From: Pachysolen tannophilus NRRL Y-2460
Lineage: Eukaryota
Direction of reading: 5' to 3'
Length of the DNA: 64,000 bases
NCBI GenBank assembly: GCA_001661245.1
Contig: KV454012.1
Span: 1,972,418-2,036,417 of the forward strand
The position numbers were made by a program, and so were the translations under genes. The notes under the pieces are model-generated. The model saw nothing but the letters and a program-made list of their open reading frames with translations, had not been told where the DNA came from and did no database searches. Shown in pieces: positions 1 to 11,800 of this stretch. Every line of letters starts with the position of its first letter. The stretch's first letter is position 1.

Positions 1-665
1 AGATTTTATTTTATTCCAACCGCTCAACTGGCAAAAAATGCGGAAACGTCAGCATTTTTTTTGAAATTACAATTCGTAGTTGAAAAATAGAAAAAAAATA
101 TTTTTAAAAGAGATTTTAATATCATAATTTAAAACCTATCTCTTTTTTGTCTGTATCTGTTCTCTTTTATACAGTCATAAATAAAAGAAAAAAAAAGATA
201 AAATAAAATAAAAGGTGAAACCAAAAAGTTCCCATTATCTACTAGCACTTAACCAGTATACTCATCCATTAAGACACTCTGTGGAACTTTGTCGTATCCC
301 ATTTGCACTTAGTGAGTTTTTATCAAAATTTCTATTTCTTTTCTAACTTTTTTTTTTTTTTTTTTTTTGGTTTTTTTTGCATCTTATTCTGTTTCAAATT
401 TTAATCTTAATTTTTTTTTTTAAATAAAAAACAGTATTATTAAGAGACGGTAATTTCTTTATCTTTGCGTTCTTTTTTATTTTATTTTATTTTATTTAAA
501 TATTTGTCTTTTTGATTTATTTATTTAATATATAATCAAGTGATTTTGTATCATATCTTTCTAATATCTAATTTTGTTTTATTTGAAATAAGGAATTGTT
601 AAGAAATTAGGTATTTTTTTTTTAATTTTTTTTTTTTTTCTTAGTATAGATAGATATAGAGGATA

Positions 666-2690
666 ATGGCAACTTTATCTTCGCAAAAGGCGGATCCAAA
701 GAATTGTACTAATAATAATAATAATAATAGTACAAGTACACCTATTGGTGAAAATGAAGTATTTCTGGAAAATTTTAATTCTAATCGTACAACAGATGAA
801 TCATTGAAAGAAGAAGAATCAAGTACAATGGCAACAACTAAAAGAGTGAAAACAGATTTGAAGGAGGTTTCTAATAGTGAGGATGGAAATGGATTAAGTA
901 TGAATAATATTACAGCGGCTGGTACCGCGGTTAGTAATGGTAATGGTAATGGTAATAGTAATGTTGGAGATAATTGTGGATCCAATTTCCATGGAAGTAG
1001 TAGGAAAAGACATAGACCATCTAGTCTTGATTTAAGAGATCATTCAAATTTACAACCAAATTCATTAAGGACAAAAGATGAATTAGGAAAAATTGCATTA
1101 AAGATTGTTTCTCCCGGTTTACCCCTGTTAAGTCCAACAATGCAAAATACAGTACTGATATCTAAAAATATAGAGTTGCAGCAAAAGCAGTTAATTGCAC
1201 TGAGGATGACCACACCAACTACAAGTACAGCAACTACAGCAACTACAGCAGCGGCGACGGCATTGGGGGCAGCGGCGCCAGCCGGTGCAACAGCGACGGG
1301 TGCAATGAATGCAAATGCAATGGGTACTGGAGGTCCATCGGCAGGAGGTCCACCAGCAGGATCTGTCAATTCATCTATTAACGCTATAAAAGCCAATGGC
1401 GGGAGTGCTGTGGTGGCGGCTAATTCAAATATTGAACCACAATTGGTCACAATTCCTCCTGCAGGTTTGAAATCAATAGGTCCTACCTCATCAATGTCTT
1501 CTTCTTCTTCAAATTCACAACATCATCAACATTCACAACAATCGACATCTGCAACAGGTCTAAGTGCAGATTTATCAAATCTTTCAATTCCAACTAAAAG
1601 ACTAAAGCGTGATAAAATCCCAACACCACTCAATGTTTCCGAATTGGTGAATGATGTTCCAAATCAACTGGTAAAATCTGCCCCTCCATTGAGATATTCC
1701 TATTATTCAAGACCTTTAGTATATCCATATCACAATCAGCAACCACAACAATTACCTTATCAACAACATACATCTCAACCATACCAATATCTGAGAACCG
1801 CAGTAGCTGGTGGCAGGAAAATCGTGAGACCTTATGGTCAATATCCACCATATCAACAGAAAGTTACTCCTTCACATCAAAACTTTTACAGATATCTGAC
1901 ATTACCATACTATACATCCACTTACCCTGGTGCAGCAGCGACTGCTGTCCAACCCCAACCTTTATACAACTCTCTCCCACCAGGACCGGCTCTTCATTTT
2001 CTGCCTAGGTTTCATTTTTTGGATAGAAGCAATGGTGCTTATTCTTTTGTTCTTAGCCCCCTGCAACATCAACAATATAGGACACGGAACGCAAATGGTG
2101 TCAATAGAAAAAATACCAATAATAAACAGGGGAATCAAAGCAATGCGACAGTTGTCGTTCGTGAAAGTCCTTCTGATAAACTTGTGGTTGATATTTTCCC
2201 AAATGAAGTCAGAGATGCTCCACTGATTGCACAACCGTTAAGTGCTCAACGCGAAAATTTTTTTGAAAATGGGAATAATTTTAATCAAGAACTGGATCAA
2301 ATGAATAGTAAGGAACATGGAGGAGAAATGGATATGGAAGATTCACTTGATCAAAATAAATCAGATGAAAATAATTTTGAAATGCAAGATCAAGAACAAT
2401 ATGGAGAACAAGAGGGACAGGTACAAATAAAAGTGGAAGAAAATTATGTTGATTATGGAGGTGAAGAAAAAGAAGATGATGATGATGATGTGGAACAAAA
2501 TGCAATTGAACCAGATGCAGTTCCTAGTGGAGGTATAGTAAGACCAATAAAAGATATTAAAGGTACTTTAAAGATTGATAATGATATATTTTTCTATGAT
2601 TTGAAATTGACAGGAAACTTGAACAGTGATAAATCAAAGTTTTTGAAAATTTGCCATACGGCTTGGGATGAGTTCTCAAAAATGGTTTAA
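666..2690 (+). CDS. Probable Dig1/Dig2-like MAPK-docking transcriptional regulator (Ste12 inhibitor family), largely disordered
   Basis: 674-aa ORF. Two basic..LxL docking-type motifs (RKRHRPSSLDL, KRDKIPTPLNV). The C-terminal KFLKICHTAWDEF resembles the Dig1/Dig2 C-terminus as I recall it. Confidence 0.55.
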   Translation: MATLSSQKADPKNCTNNNNNNSTSTPIGENEVFLENFNSNRTTDESLKEEESSTMATTKRVKTDLKEVSNSEDGNGLSMNNITAAGTAVSNGNGNGNSNVGDNCGSNFHGSSRKRHRPSSLDLRDHSNLQPNSLRTKDELGKIALKIVSPGLPLLSPTMQNTVLISKNIELQQKQLIALRMTTPTTSTATTATTAAATALGAAAPAGATATGAMNANAMGTGGPSAGGPPAGSVNSSINAIKANGGSAVVAANSNIEPQLVTIPPAGLKSIGPTSSMSSSSSNSQHHQHSQQSTSATGLSADLSNLSIPTKRLKRDKIPTPLNVSELVNDVPNQLVKSAPPLRYSYYSRPLVYPYHNQQPQQLPYQQHTSQPYQYLRTAVAGGRKIVRPYGQYPPYQQKVTPSHQNFYRYLTLPYYTSTYPGAAATAVQPQPLYNSLPPGPALHFLPRFHFLDRSNGAYSFVLSPLQHQQYRTRNANGVNRKNTNNKQGNQSNATVVVRESPSDKLVVDIFPNEVRDAPLIAQPLSAQRENFFENGNNFNQELDQMNSKEHGGEMDMEDSLDQNKSDENNFEMQDQEQYGEQEGQVQIKVEENYVDYGGEEKEDDDDDVEQNAIEPDAVPSGGIVRPIKDIKGTLKIDNDIFFYDLKLTGNLNSDKSKFLKICHTAWDEFSKMV

Positions 2691-2864
2691 ATTATAATTT
2701 GAAAAAAAGGCAAAAAAAAAGAAAAAAAAAAAAACTCGAAGTATATTATATAAATTTAAATAATAATATATATATTTAATAAATATCAAACATTATTAAA
2801 GACAGAAAAGATAATATGAATATATATAAATATAAAAAAGGAATAAATAAATAATTTATTTTAA

Positions 2865-4559
2865 CTAAATATTTTCAATTTCATTTTTTCTTCCATCCAA
2901 CCATTTTGACATATATGGACCATCCAACCAGTAACCTAGTTTCCCATAGTAGTTTCTAACACCAACACCACTAATAACACTAATCTTCTCACTTCCATGC
3001 TCCTCTCTTGCAATTCTCTCTGCTTCTTCCATTAACAATGTACCAAAGCCTTGATGTTGAAATTTCCTTGGATCTCTTGAATGTAAAGGTACTACCGAGC
3101 CATAAACGTGCAACTCTCTAACAAGAGATGTTGGTTGGTTTTTGAGTTCTTTTCTATATGTGTGTTTTTTGGACAGTTTTCTTAATCTTAATAAACCAAT
3201 GAGAATATCTTGTTTTGGGTCTTCATATGAAATAAAAGTTTCCCAACCACCATTAGCGTAATAATCACGTCTAATCAATTCCACTTGATCTGGATGAACT
3301 TTATGATGAACTTCTTGAATACCAACCTCACGTGTCCTGACGTCTCTACAAGTGGTACCAAAATCTTTCATTCTAGCTAATGCCAATTCTCTTAAATTAC
3401 CATTTTCAACACCTGATGTAACAAGAGGCATTGGGATATCTCTTTGAACTCTATAAATTCTTGTCCAAGGTGGAACCAAAGCTAATATTCTTGCAACCAA
3501 ATCAATTAAAGCATTAGCGTTATATGATTTATATCTTCCTAATTTCCATAATTCATATAAACCTGTACCTCTAATTACCAATGTAGGATAAAGTTTTAAA
3601 CCATCAGTTCTAAAATCAGGGTTTTCAAAATATTCTTTAAATTGTTCCAAATCTCTTTCCATTCCAACATTTGGTAAATCTGGCATCATATGACTAACTA
3701 CTTTATAACCTGCATCTTTAGCAAGAGCAAATGTTTCACAAACTGCTTTTACAGTATGACCTCTATTAGTATCTCTAGCTACATCTTCATAAACAGATTG
3801 TACACCTATTTCTAAACGAGTACATCCATATTTTAACATATCACTCAACTGAGTTTCTGTACAATAATCTGGTCTTGTTTCTATTGTAATTCCAACACAT
3901 TTTGTTAAAGATTGTTGTGAATATTTAATTGCTTCATCAATATTTTTACCATTATAACCTGTTAAAGCATTATGTAATTGTGAAATAAAATCTTCTCTAT
4001 ATTCAATAGGTAATGACATAAATGTACCTCCCATTATAATATATTCAACTTTATCTATAGAATGACCCAATTGTCTTAATTGATCAATACGACCACGAGC
4101 TTGTTCATATGGATCATAACGTGCTCTAATTGCTCTCATCGATGTAGGTTCATAACCAGTATATGATTGTGTAGAATATTCAAAATCAGAATCAGGTCCA
4201 CCTGGACAATAAACACAAATATTCCCAGTATATGCAATATGTGGACATCTATGTGGTTTACACATAACAGCAACAACTGCAATACCCGATGCTGTTCTCA
4301 CAGGTTTGGCCTTTAATTTTGGAATAAGATACTTCTTATACAGATCTGGAATTGAAGATATAATATCTGTTAACCTTGGTTGTGCTTTTAACTTGTATTT
4401 TTTAGAATATTTTGTAATAAGTCCATTTAAATTTATATCTTTTGAATTTTTTAATGAAGAAACCAAATCTAATGAAATATCACCACAACATTGTAAAAAT
4501 CTCTCTCTTTCAGGAGCCATCTTTGGCTTGGATTTTGGTCCCTTAACAGCAACAGCCAT
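2865..4559 (-). CDS. ELP3: Elongator catalytic subunit Elp3 (radical SAM + GNAT/KAT; tRNA U34 modification)
   Basis: [22 protein letters not shown] radical-SAM motif, RELHVYG and [18 protein letters not shown] acetyl-CoA motif. ATG is at 4559; the ORF track starts at an upstream TTG. Confidence 0.98.
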   Translation of the reverse strand: MAVAVKGPKSKPKMAPERERFLQCCGDISLDLVSSLKNSKDINLNGLITKYSKKYKLKAQPRLTDIISSIPDLYKKYLIPKLKAKPVRTASGIAVVAVMCKPHRCPHIAYTGNICVYCPGGPDSDFEYSTQSYTGYEPTSMRAIRARYDPYEQARGRIDQLRQLGHSIDKVEYIIMGGTFMSLPIEYREDFISQLHNALTGYNGKNIDEAIKYSQQSLTKCVGITIETRPDYCTETQLSDMLKYGCTRLEIGVQSVYEDVARDTNRGHTVKAVCETFALAKDAGYKVVSHMMPDLPNVGMERDLEQFKEYFENPDFRTDGLKLYPTLVIRGTGLYELWKLGRYKSYNANALIDLVARILALVPPWTRIYRVQRDIPMPLVTSGVENGNLRELALARMKDFGTTCRDVRTREVGIQEVHHKVHPDQVELIRRDYYANGGWETFISYEDPKQDILIGLLRLRKLSKKHTYRKELKNQPTSLVRELHVYGSVVPLHSRDPRKFQHQGFGTLLMEEAERIAREEHGSEKISVISGVGVRNYYGKLGYWLDGPYMSKWLDGRKNEIENI

Positions 4560-4648
4560 CTTCAATCAAATAAACAAATTTATCTAATTATTATTATTGA
4601 AATTAATTATTATCTCTATTATAAAAACATTAATTACTAAAAAATAAT

Positions 4649-4659
4649 TGAAAAATTTT
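4649..4659. promoter_or_regulatory. RRPE element (TGAAAAATTTT) upstream of ELP3
   Basis: Exact match about 90 nt upstream of the ELP3 ATG. RRPE is typical of ribosome-biogenesis regulon promoters, but an AT-rich motif can occur by chance. Confidence 0.5.
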
Positions 4660-4676
4660 TTCTTTTCTTTTTTTTT

Positions 4677-5102
4677 NNNNNNNNNNNNNNNNNNNNNNNN
4701 NNNNNNNNNNNNNNNNNNNNNNNNNNNNNNNNNNNNNNNNNNNNNNNNNNNNNNNNNNNNNNNNNNNNNNNNNNNNNNNNNNNNNNNNNNNNNNNNNNNN
4801 NNNNNNNNNNNNNNNNNNNNNNNNNNNNNNNNNNNNNNNNNNNNNNNNNNNNNNNNNNNNNNNNNNNNNNNNNNNNNNNNNNNNNNNNNNNNNNNNNNNN
4901 NNNNNNNNNNNNNNNNNNNNNNNNNNNNNNNNNNNNNNNNNNNNNNNNNNNNNNNNNNNNNNNNNNNNNNNNNNNNNNNNNNNNNNNNNNNNNNNNNNNN
5001 NNNNNNNNNNNNNNNNNNNNNNNNNNNNNNNNNNNNNNNNNNNNNNNNNNNNNNNNNNNNNNNNNNNNNNNNNNNNNNNNNNNNNNNNNNNNNNNNNNNN
5101 NN
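4677..5102. other. Assembly gap (N run) flanked by poly(T)
   Basis: Run of n characters. Confidence 1.
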
Positions 5103-5103
5103 A

Positions 5104-5141
<38 letters not shown>

Positions 5142-5577
5142 TCTTTTTCAAAAATTTTCATTTAAAAGAAAAGAAAGAAAAAAAAGAAAAGAAAAAGAAA
5201 TAAATCATCAATAGAGATTGTAAAAAGAGAAGTTTATGTCTGTTAATCTATCTATAGGAGAGAGCTTAAAGATATGGTATTATTCTAGTAGGTTTAATAA
5301 CCTTAATTGTAATTTGGGGTATTATTGTTATAATTACAAGCAAACTAAAGCCTTACAAGCAAATTGTACTTTCTATATACTGATTGGTTATCTTAACCAA
5401 TATTAACTTATTATAAGTGGAAAACTTTTATAAAAGAAAACTATAAGTAGTATTATTCACTCATTGCTTTATAATTTCTTTTCTTTTTCTGAATAAAATA
5501 ACTTAACTAACTGATGATCATAAAAAATTTTGTTTTTGTGTTGTTGAAGTCCTCGGTTTTGTTATTAGTGAAAATTT

Positions 5578-5636
5578 TAAAATGAGCAATTTTTACCATG
5601 TTAACTAAAGTGAATAATAATAATATGCTCATTTTA
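5578..5636. promoter_or_regulatory. Inverted pair of CuRE-like (Mac1) copper-response elements
   Basis: TAAAATGAGCA (5578-5588) and TGCTCATTTTA (5626-5636) form a perfect 11-bp inverted repeat containing the TGCTCA core. It lies about 165-220 nt upstream of a Ctr copper transporter. Confidence 0.7.
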
Positions 5637-5798
5637 CTGAAAATTGATATTTTTCTGAAAAGTTGTATTTTGTATATATATGTGGCCTTTATTCTCTACT
5701 TGATAAGATAGTTGTTAATAATAAGAGTTGAAGAATTTTAATTATCTTTGTGTTATATAGGATTTTAGAAGAAAAGAAAAAGAAAAAGAAAAAGAAAA

Positions 5799-6608
5799 AT
5801 GACAACTTCAGCTTATTTGACCACCATGACAATGGATGGTGAAGTGATGACAATGACCATGTATTCTACCTACACAGATTCGACCTCATCTACTTCAGCG
5901 ACTTCAGCGTCTTCAGGGATGGCAATGTCAATGAGTAGTTCTACATCAAGTACAAGTGCAAGTGCTACTTCTACTTCTACTTCATCAAGTGATAGTTCTA
6001 TGGATATGGATATGGATATGTATTTCACATCAAATTATCTTAATTATCCTGTTATTTTCAAGACAATGGTTGCAACAAATGGTGGGAAAGCTTTTGGTAT
6101 ATTTTTAGCTTTATTTGTATCTGCTTTTTTCTTTAGAGGATTAGCATTTTTAAGTAGTTATTTGGAACAACAAGTTTTCCATAATTTAAATAATGCAGTA
6201 TTTGTTGAAATTGAAGATAATTGTGCTTGTGAAGTTCTGGAAGATGATAAAGATTCAGGTATATCAAGTAATGAAGATGATAAGCAAAATGAAGAAGGAA
6301 TACTGAATAGTCAATCTTTAAATAAAAAACTTCCAACTAAAGATGGTAAAATTTTGAAAAATAAACCTTCAAAATTAAGACAATTTTTCCTTCCAGGTAG
6401 ACAAGAATTATTAAAAGATATTGTTAGATTGTTATTAGCTTTTGTTTCTGCAATGTTTGGGTACGCTTTAATGATTGCTGCTATGAGTTTTATGTTGTTG
6501 TATTTTTTTGCAGTAGTATTAGGTATTGCATTTGGTGAAGTTTTCTTTAATAGATTGGCAATTGTGTTGAATGTTAATAAAAATACTGGGAATAAAGTTA
6601 AAATATAG
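5799..6608 (+). CDS. Ctr-family high-affinity copper transporter
   Basis: Met/Ser/Thr-rich N-terminus (MTTMTM, MAMSMS, MDMDMDM), three hydrophobic segments, MxxxM (MIAAM) and GxxxG (GIAFG) motifs. Confidence 0.92.
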   Translation: MTTSAYLTTMTMDGEVMTMTMYSTYTDSTSSTSATSASSGMAMSMSSSTSSTSASATSTSTSSSDSSMDMDMDMYFTSNYLNYPVIFKTMVATNGGKAFGIFLALFVSAFFFRGLAFLSSYLEQQVFHNLNNAVFVEIEDNCACEVLEDDKDSGISSNEDDKQNEEGILNSQSLNKKLPTKDGKILKNKPSKLRQFFLPGRQELLKDIVRLLLAFVSAMFGYALMIAAMSFMLLYFFAVVLGIAFGEVFFNRLAIVLNVNKNTGNKVKI

Positions 6609-7146
6609 ATAATTGTTATATGATTTTTTATTTTATTCTTTATTCTTTTTTTTTTTTTTGCTCTTTTCCTGATTTTATAGTTACATATGGGGTGTCTTGA
6701 TAATTTTTATCTTTTATTAATAATCTGTTAAAAGTAGATTTATTATTAATTTAATTGTAGTGGTAATAATAATAATATAGAAAAATATGTTCACAACAAA
6801 CTCATAAATTCAAAAATCACTTAAGAAGATAGAACTAATAATAATGATAATGAAAAAGATAAAAAAATAAAAAGATAAAAAATAAAAAAAAAATCAAAAC
6901 GTAAGACCCTGTTCGAAAGAAAGAAAAACTCACTTCAATAAATAAAGTGAAACCACCAGATGGGAAACATTATAATATCATTGAACAATTATATGTCAGT
7001 CGGTTTTAATAAGAAACAATGGAAAAGCAGAAAGAAATAAACAAAAAAAAAAAAAAAAAAAAAAAAAACAAAATGTTTAAAAAAACGCCATTAGTATAAA
7101 TATATATATATATATATACCATTAATTATGATTTTCCAAAATTATT

Positions 7147-8169
7147 TTATTTTTTATCTCCATTATCATCTTCTTCATCAAGTGGAATTGAATCTAAATC
7201 GGTAACCAATCCTTCCAATAAGGTAACAACATTTTTATGATAATTCAATTGGATTTTTGCATAAATTTTTAATAAATTGACTGGTTCAACTGGTGAAATT
7301 AATTTCTTCATAGATTCAACAGCCAACTCAGTAGCGTTAACTAATTCATCTTCAGCAGCATCTAATTTTGATTGTAATGAATCAGGAATTTCAACTTCAT
7401 CAACATTAGTACCTGAAGTGGTTGAATTTTTTTCTTGATAAGATTTTACCTCTGCTCTTACTAAATCAAAATTAATTCTAGAATTTTCAACATGTTTCCT
7501 ATAATTATTAGTTTCAACAAATTGAGTATTTAAAATAGTTTTAATTTTTTTGTTGAATTCGGTTACAACCAATTTATCTTGTTCTAATCTTTCATCACCA
7601 AGTTTAAATTCAATTTCAGAAATTTTAAGTAAACTTTTTGTTAACAGATCTTCATCTTCATCTTTCAATAATAAATCCCTACCCAGAGATAAATTTTTAG
7701 AAAGTTGATGATGGAAAGTCTTTGGAACATAATTTGAACCTGAAGTTGTAGCAGTTAAAACAGCTTCTGCTTCTGCAGTAGTAGTTGCCAGAGATAAATG
7801 TGATAATTTTTCAGTAAAAGTTTTTGAAAAATCTTGAAAATTTTCTTTTAAATTTGGTGGGAAATCATAACTTTCTAAACCATATTGTTCAGTAATTGCT
7901 AAAACTTTATTATAAAATTTTTTCAAATCATCAATTTTTTTCTCTAATTCAATATACTCCTTTGGCAATTCACTAATATCATCAATGTTACCTAATCTCT
8001 CCTGAGCAAGCCTAGCAGTCCTCTTAAATATAGGTGAAAAATTAGTATTCAAATTAGAAGCCTCTTTAGAAACTTGTTGAATACCAGTCTGGAATTGTTG
8101 CGAAGTATTTTGCAATGTTTCCTGTAAAGATTGCTGAAAAGAGGATAAATCCGGGAATTTAAATGACAT
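7147..8169 (-). CDS. GVP36: BAR-domain Golgi vesicle protein Gvp36
   Basis: QERLGNIDDISELPKEYIELE, SYDFP and PKT..LSK match Gvp36-type BAR proteins. Acidic C-terminal tail. Confidence 0.85.
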   Translation of the reverse strand: MSFKFPDLSSFQQSLQETLQNTSQQFQTGIQQVSKEASNLNTNFSPIFKRTARLAQERLGNIDDISELPKEYIELEKKIDDLKKFYNKVLAITEQYGLESYDFPPNLKENFQDFSKTFTEKLSHLSLATTTAEAEAVLTATTSGSNYVPKTFHHQLSKNLSLGRDLLLKDEDEDLLTKSLLKISEIEFKLGDERLEQDKLVVTEFNKKIKTILNTQFVETNNYRKHVENSRINFDLVRAEVKSYQEKNSTTSGTNVDEVEIPDSLQSKLDAAEDELVNATELAVESMKKLISPVEPVNLLKIYAKIQLNYHKNVVTLLEGLVTDLDSIPLDEEDDNGDKK

Positions 8170-8804
8170 TTTTCCTATAAATAAAACTTTCTTACTATTA
8201 TTTCAATTGTTTTAACCTTTTTTTTTTTTTGATTTTTCCCTTACTTTTTATACTTGACTTCGTTTTCACAAAAAAATAAAACAAAAAAAAAAATTAAAAT
8301 TTATTTAATCAATCCTAAACTTGAGTTGAAACAAATGAATATGAAAGAAAAACAAACCAACACGTTATATAATTAATCGTATCAAAACTTTGAACAATTC
8401 AATTTAAATTATAATTATATAAATTATAGATATAAAATTTCAACTGCTGAACTTTAGCTGTTGTCTAAACCCATTTTTCGGTTCGCTCCCAAAAAGGAAA
8501 GTTTCCTAAAACAGTAAACTTCCTATTTGGGTAATTTTGATCTTAACTACAGTTATTTATCAGTTAAAAGTGTGAAAACCAAGACGTAATTATCATTTAG
8601 ATATATATATATAATGTTTTAAGACTAGCATAGACAAAAAAAAAGTTCTTTCGTAAATTTACTAAGACGCTCTAGCTGTGAGCATCGTCAGTATTATGGA
8701 GTAAAAAAAAAAAACAAAAAGCAAAGGTAAAAAAAAGCAAAAGTAAGAGCAAAAATCAAGTATTGTAGATATATGAAAATATTGACAAACCAATATCGGT
8801 ACAA

Positions 8805-11800
8805 TCAAATTCTTTCAAGTGTAACATCATTCTTTTCAGTGTTTCTACCAAGTTTGTTCATGAAGCTTGAGCTATGTGCTTCTTTGAACTTGGCAGCATC
8901 AACAGTGACACCTGTGGATGCCAATGTTGCCTCGTTACCTTTGCTTTCCTGAATGACAGCAGAGGCAATAGCTGCGGCTTCATCCTGGTCATTGGCGCCA
9001 ACAACTTTGATATCAATAAAATCATCATCTGGAGCCTGAGTCTGCTGCTGGGCACCTCTGCCGTGATGGCCAGGCTGGTTACCGTGCTGTGGGGCTTGAG
9101 ATTGGCCATACTGCTCACCACCAGTAGTGTGGTTTAAACCGTGGTTACCATGGTTACCAGCCAATCCTGCACCCGCACCTGCACCTGCAGCTGCTCCGAC
9201 ACCAGCACCAGTGCCAGTACCAGCACTAGTGGCCCCAAGTTTGTCATCTCTCTTGATATGATGGCCAGAAGAATCAAAACCATCATCGGTACGTTTAGAT
9301 GAAGCTGGGACGGTTTGCCTAGTTTCTGGTTCTGGCTGACGTCTCGAAGCAATAGTATGCTGTGGACTGGAATACGCATTATCCTCAGCGTAAAGTGTGC
9401 CTTCTTGACGGGAATTAGCTGCTGGTTTCAGAGAAGACTGTTTAGCACTTCCAGTACCGCTGCTTCCACCACTGCTACCACCATTGCTTGGTGATTTCTT
9501 TTTTCCAAAGCCAAAAATCTCCTTCATCTTTTGTTTAGGTGAAGTGGCACTTCCTTGCGAGCTAGAAGATTTTTGTGGTTTTGCTGATCCGCCATCAAAC
9601 TCAGATCCGCTTGTTACAGAATTACCACCAACGGCACCTGCAGTTGCTCCAGTTGCTGCTCCTACAGCGGCGTCCGACTTGTTTCCAGAAGACTCATAGC
9701 CCTTTTGCAGTTGTTGAGCAGCTCTCGAAGAAGAGCTGACACGTTGATTGTCCTGCAGAGATAAACCATGTTGATTTGAAGCATTACCTTGTCCTTGTAA
9801 AGCGGCGACATTCTTCTCTGGATTAGCAAACTCGCTCTGGCCCTTCTCATAAGCTTTTTGAACTCCAGCTTGATTTCCTTGTTGATTCAGAGTCTCGTAA
9901 CCCAGTGCACCAACACCAGCTGCACCCAACCCAGCTGCAGCTAATTTAGAATTGGTATCACCACCGTGATTATAACCTTGCTCTGATTGAGGATAAGCAT
10001 TGCCTTTAGAATTATCAGAGTATGCGTACTTGTCATTGTGATGATGGTTGGCTCTAGTATTAGGGTATTGTTGTTGTGTATTATTGGATGCAGCTCCTTG
10101 AGTGCCCATAGCTGAATTTGCTGCTGCTGCTGCTGCACCCCCATGATCAACATTTCCCCTTCTACCCGAACCAGATTGACCTGAGCTTACTCCAGCAGAA
10201 GTACCGTGATATCCAGATCCATCGTCATAACCGTATTCAGTCTTACCAGCAACTGGTGGGTCTCTAGTCTGTCTGGTATTCAGTTGTTTAGAATATTGTG
10301 AGTCGAGCAACTTTTGCCTATGAAACTTTTGTGCCTCCAATTTTTTAGCCAATTGCTGTTGCTTCAAAGTATGCTCCTTCTTAGCTGTGTTGTAATCTTT
10401 TTGAGCTTGTCCCAAAGATTCCTTTTTCTGGGAAATACCTTGGTTCAAGTTTTCTTTTTGTAATTGCAAAGAGTCAAGTTCTTTGTTTAAAGAATTAACT
10501 TCAGTTTGTTTCTGTGGAAAACCAGAACTCAGCGTATTAGAGCCAGTGGCAGCAACTGCTGACAGAGCAGCTGCGCTAGACCCAAAATGTCCTTGTCTCT
10601 GTTTAGTGGAATCTACAAACTTTGACTGTTCACCTTTAGAAGACTCTGCAGATTTACCACCCAGTTGTTGCTGAATTCTTTGGATTTCAGCCTCAGTTTG
10701 TCTGATTTCAGCATCGACTCTGGCAATTTCATCACTATATTGGTTATTTAACTTGTTACCTGAAGAAACATGATTTGTATGGCCAGAACCACCTTCGACA
10801 CCATTAGCACTGGCAATAGTGGCAACGCTAGCTGCATTTGGATCTTGTTCAGATTTAATGTTTTGTTCAGTAAAGTCACCAGCTGCATTACCTCCTTGAC
10901 TTGGTATAGTAGAGTTTTTTTCTTTACCAGAACCAATAAATGCTGACCTTAATTGATCAATGATTCCACCTCCGCTCTCTGTATCATCGCCAGATTGATT
11001 CATGTCTGAACCAACGGGTTCTGAGTAATTTGAGTAACCAGCAGAGTCATAATTGGAACCAGCTGTTCTGTTTGCTCCGTATGAACCTGAATTTGTGAAT
11101 TGACTATTTTTTTGAGGGTCGTTATATGCAGAGCCATAACTTTCACCCGGTGCCCTTGCTGATGGATGAGCCTGTGAATTGCTGTGACTAGTGGACTTAC
11201 CAGCATTACCACCAGCAGCAGCACCAGTTAAACCGGCAGCACCAGCAGCACCTACACCTGCAACACCAGCTGACTTTGCACCTTCTGAATTAAATCCAGA
11301 TTTTGCAGCCAGAATTTTTTCATTTGGAGATGAAGAGTTGTTAACATTCTGAACAGTTTTATCAACCGTGTCGTGAACTTGTGGAGAACGTAACTTTTCA
11401 GTCGCATTCTCTTTTGTTGAAGCAAAATGTGACTGGTTATTGGTATTATCAGCTTGCGAAAAGGCTTGTGATTGCTTTGAGCCATATTGGTTAGGTGATG
11501 TTTCCGAAGTTTCCCCAGTAGTTTGACTATTTGAGTGGTTTCCCGTGACAGCATTAATTATTTCACCAACAAGGCCGCCACTAGCAGCACCACCTGCTGT
11601 TTCTGCAGCACCAGATCCTGCACCATATCCTGCACCAGAACCAGTACCAGAGCCAGCTCCGGAACCTGCAACGGAACCAGCTCCATAAGTGGCTCCTTGA
11701 CTTCTGTTAGTGGAATCAGAATAAGGGTAACTTCCTGGAATATTGGAATTCTTCTGTCCCGATCTAACTGTATTGTCGTTATTCACCGAACCTGCTCCTG

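Noticed and set aside
641..1450. Antisense or overlapping ORFs within low-complexity genes (also 12026-12679, 30812-31084 and 34932-35276)
   Set aside because: Shadows of repetitive codon use (poly-N, poly-Q, poly-G). Several lack ATG starts and none has a recognisable domain.
3174..3176. CUG=Ser (Candida CTG clade) as the alternative code
   Set aside because: The diagnostic sites in Elp3, Pol2 and the SUZ motif correspond to Ala, not Ser.
4630..5214. ORF-track entries spanning N runs (also 42730-43269)
   Set aside because: Artefacts of assembly gaps and homopolymers.
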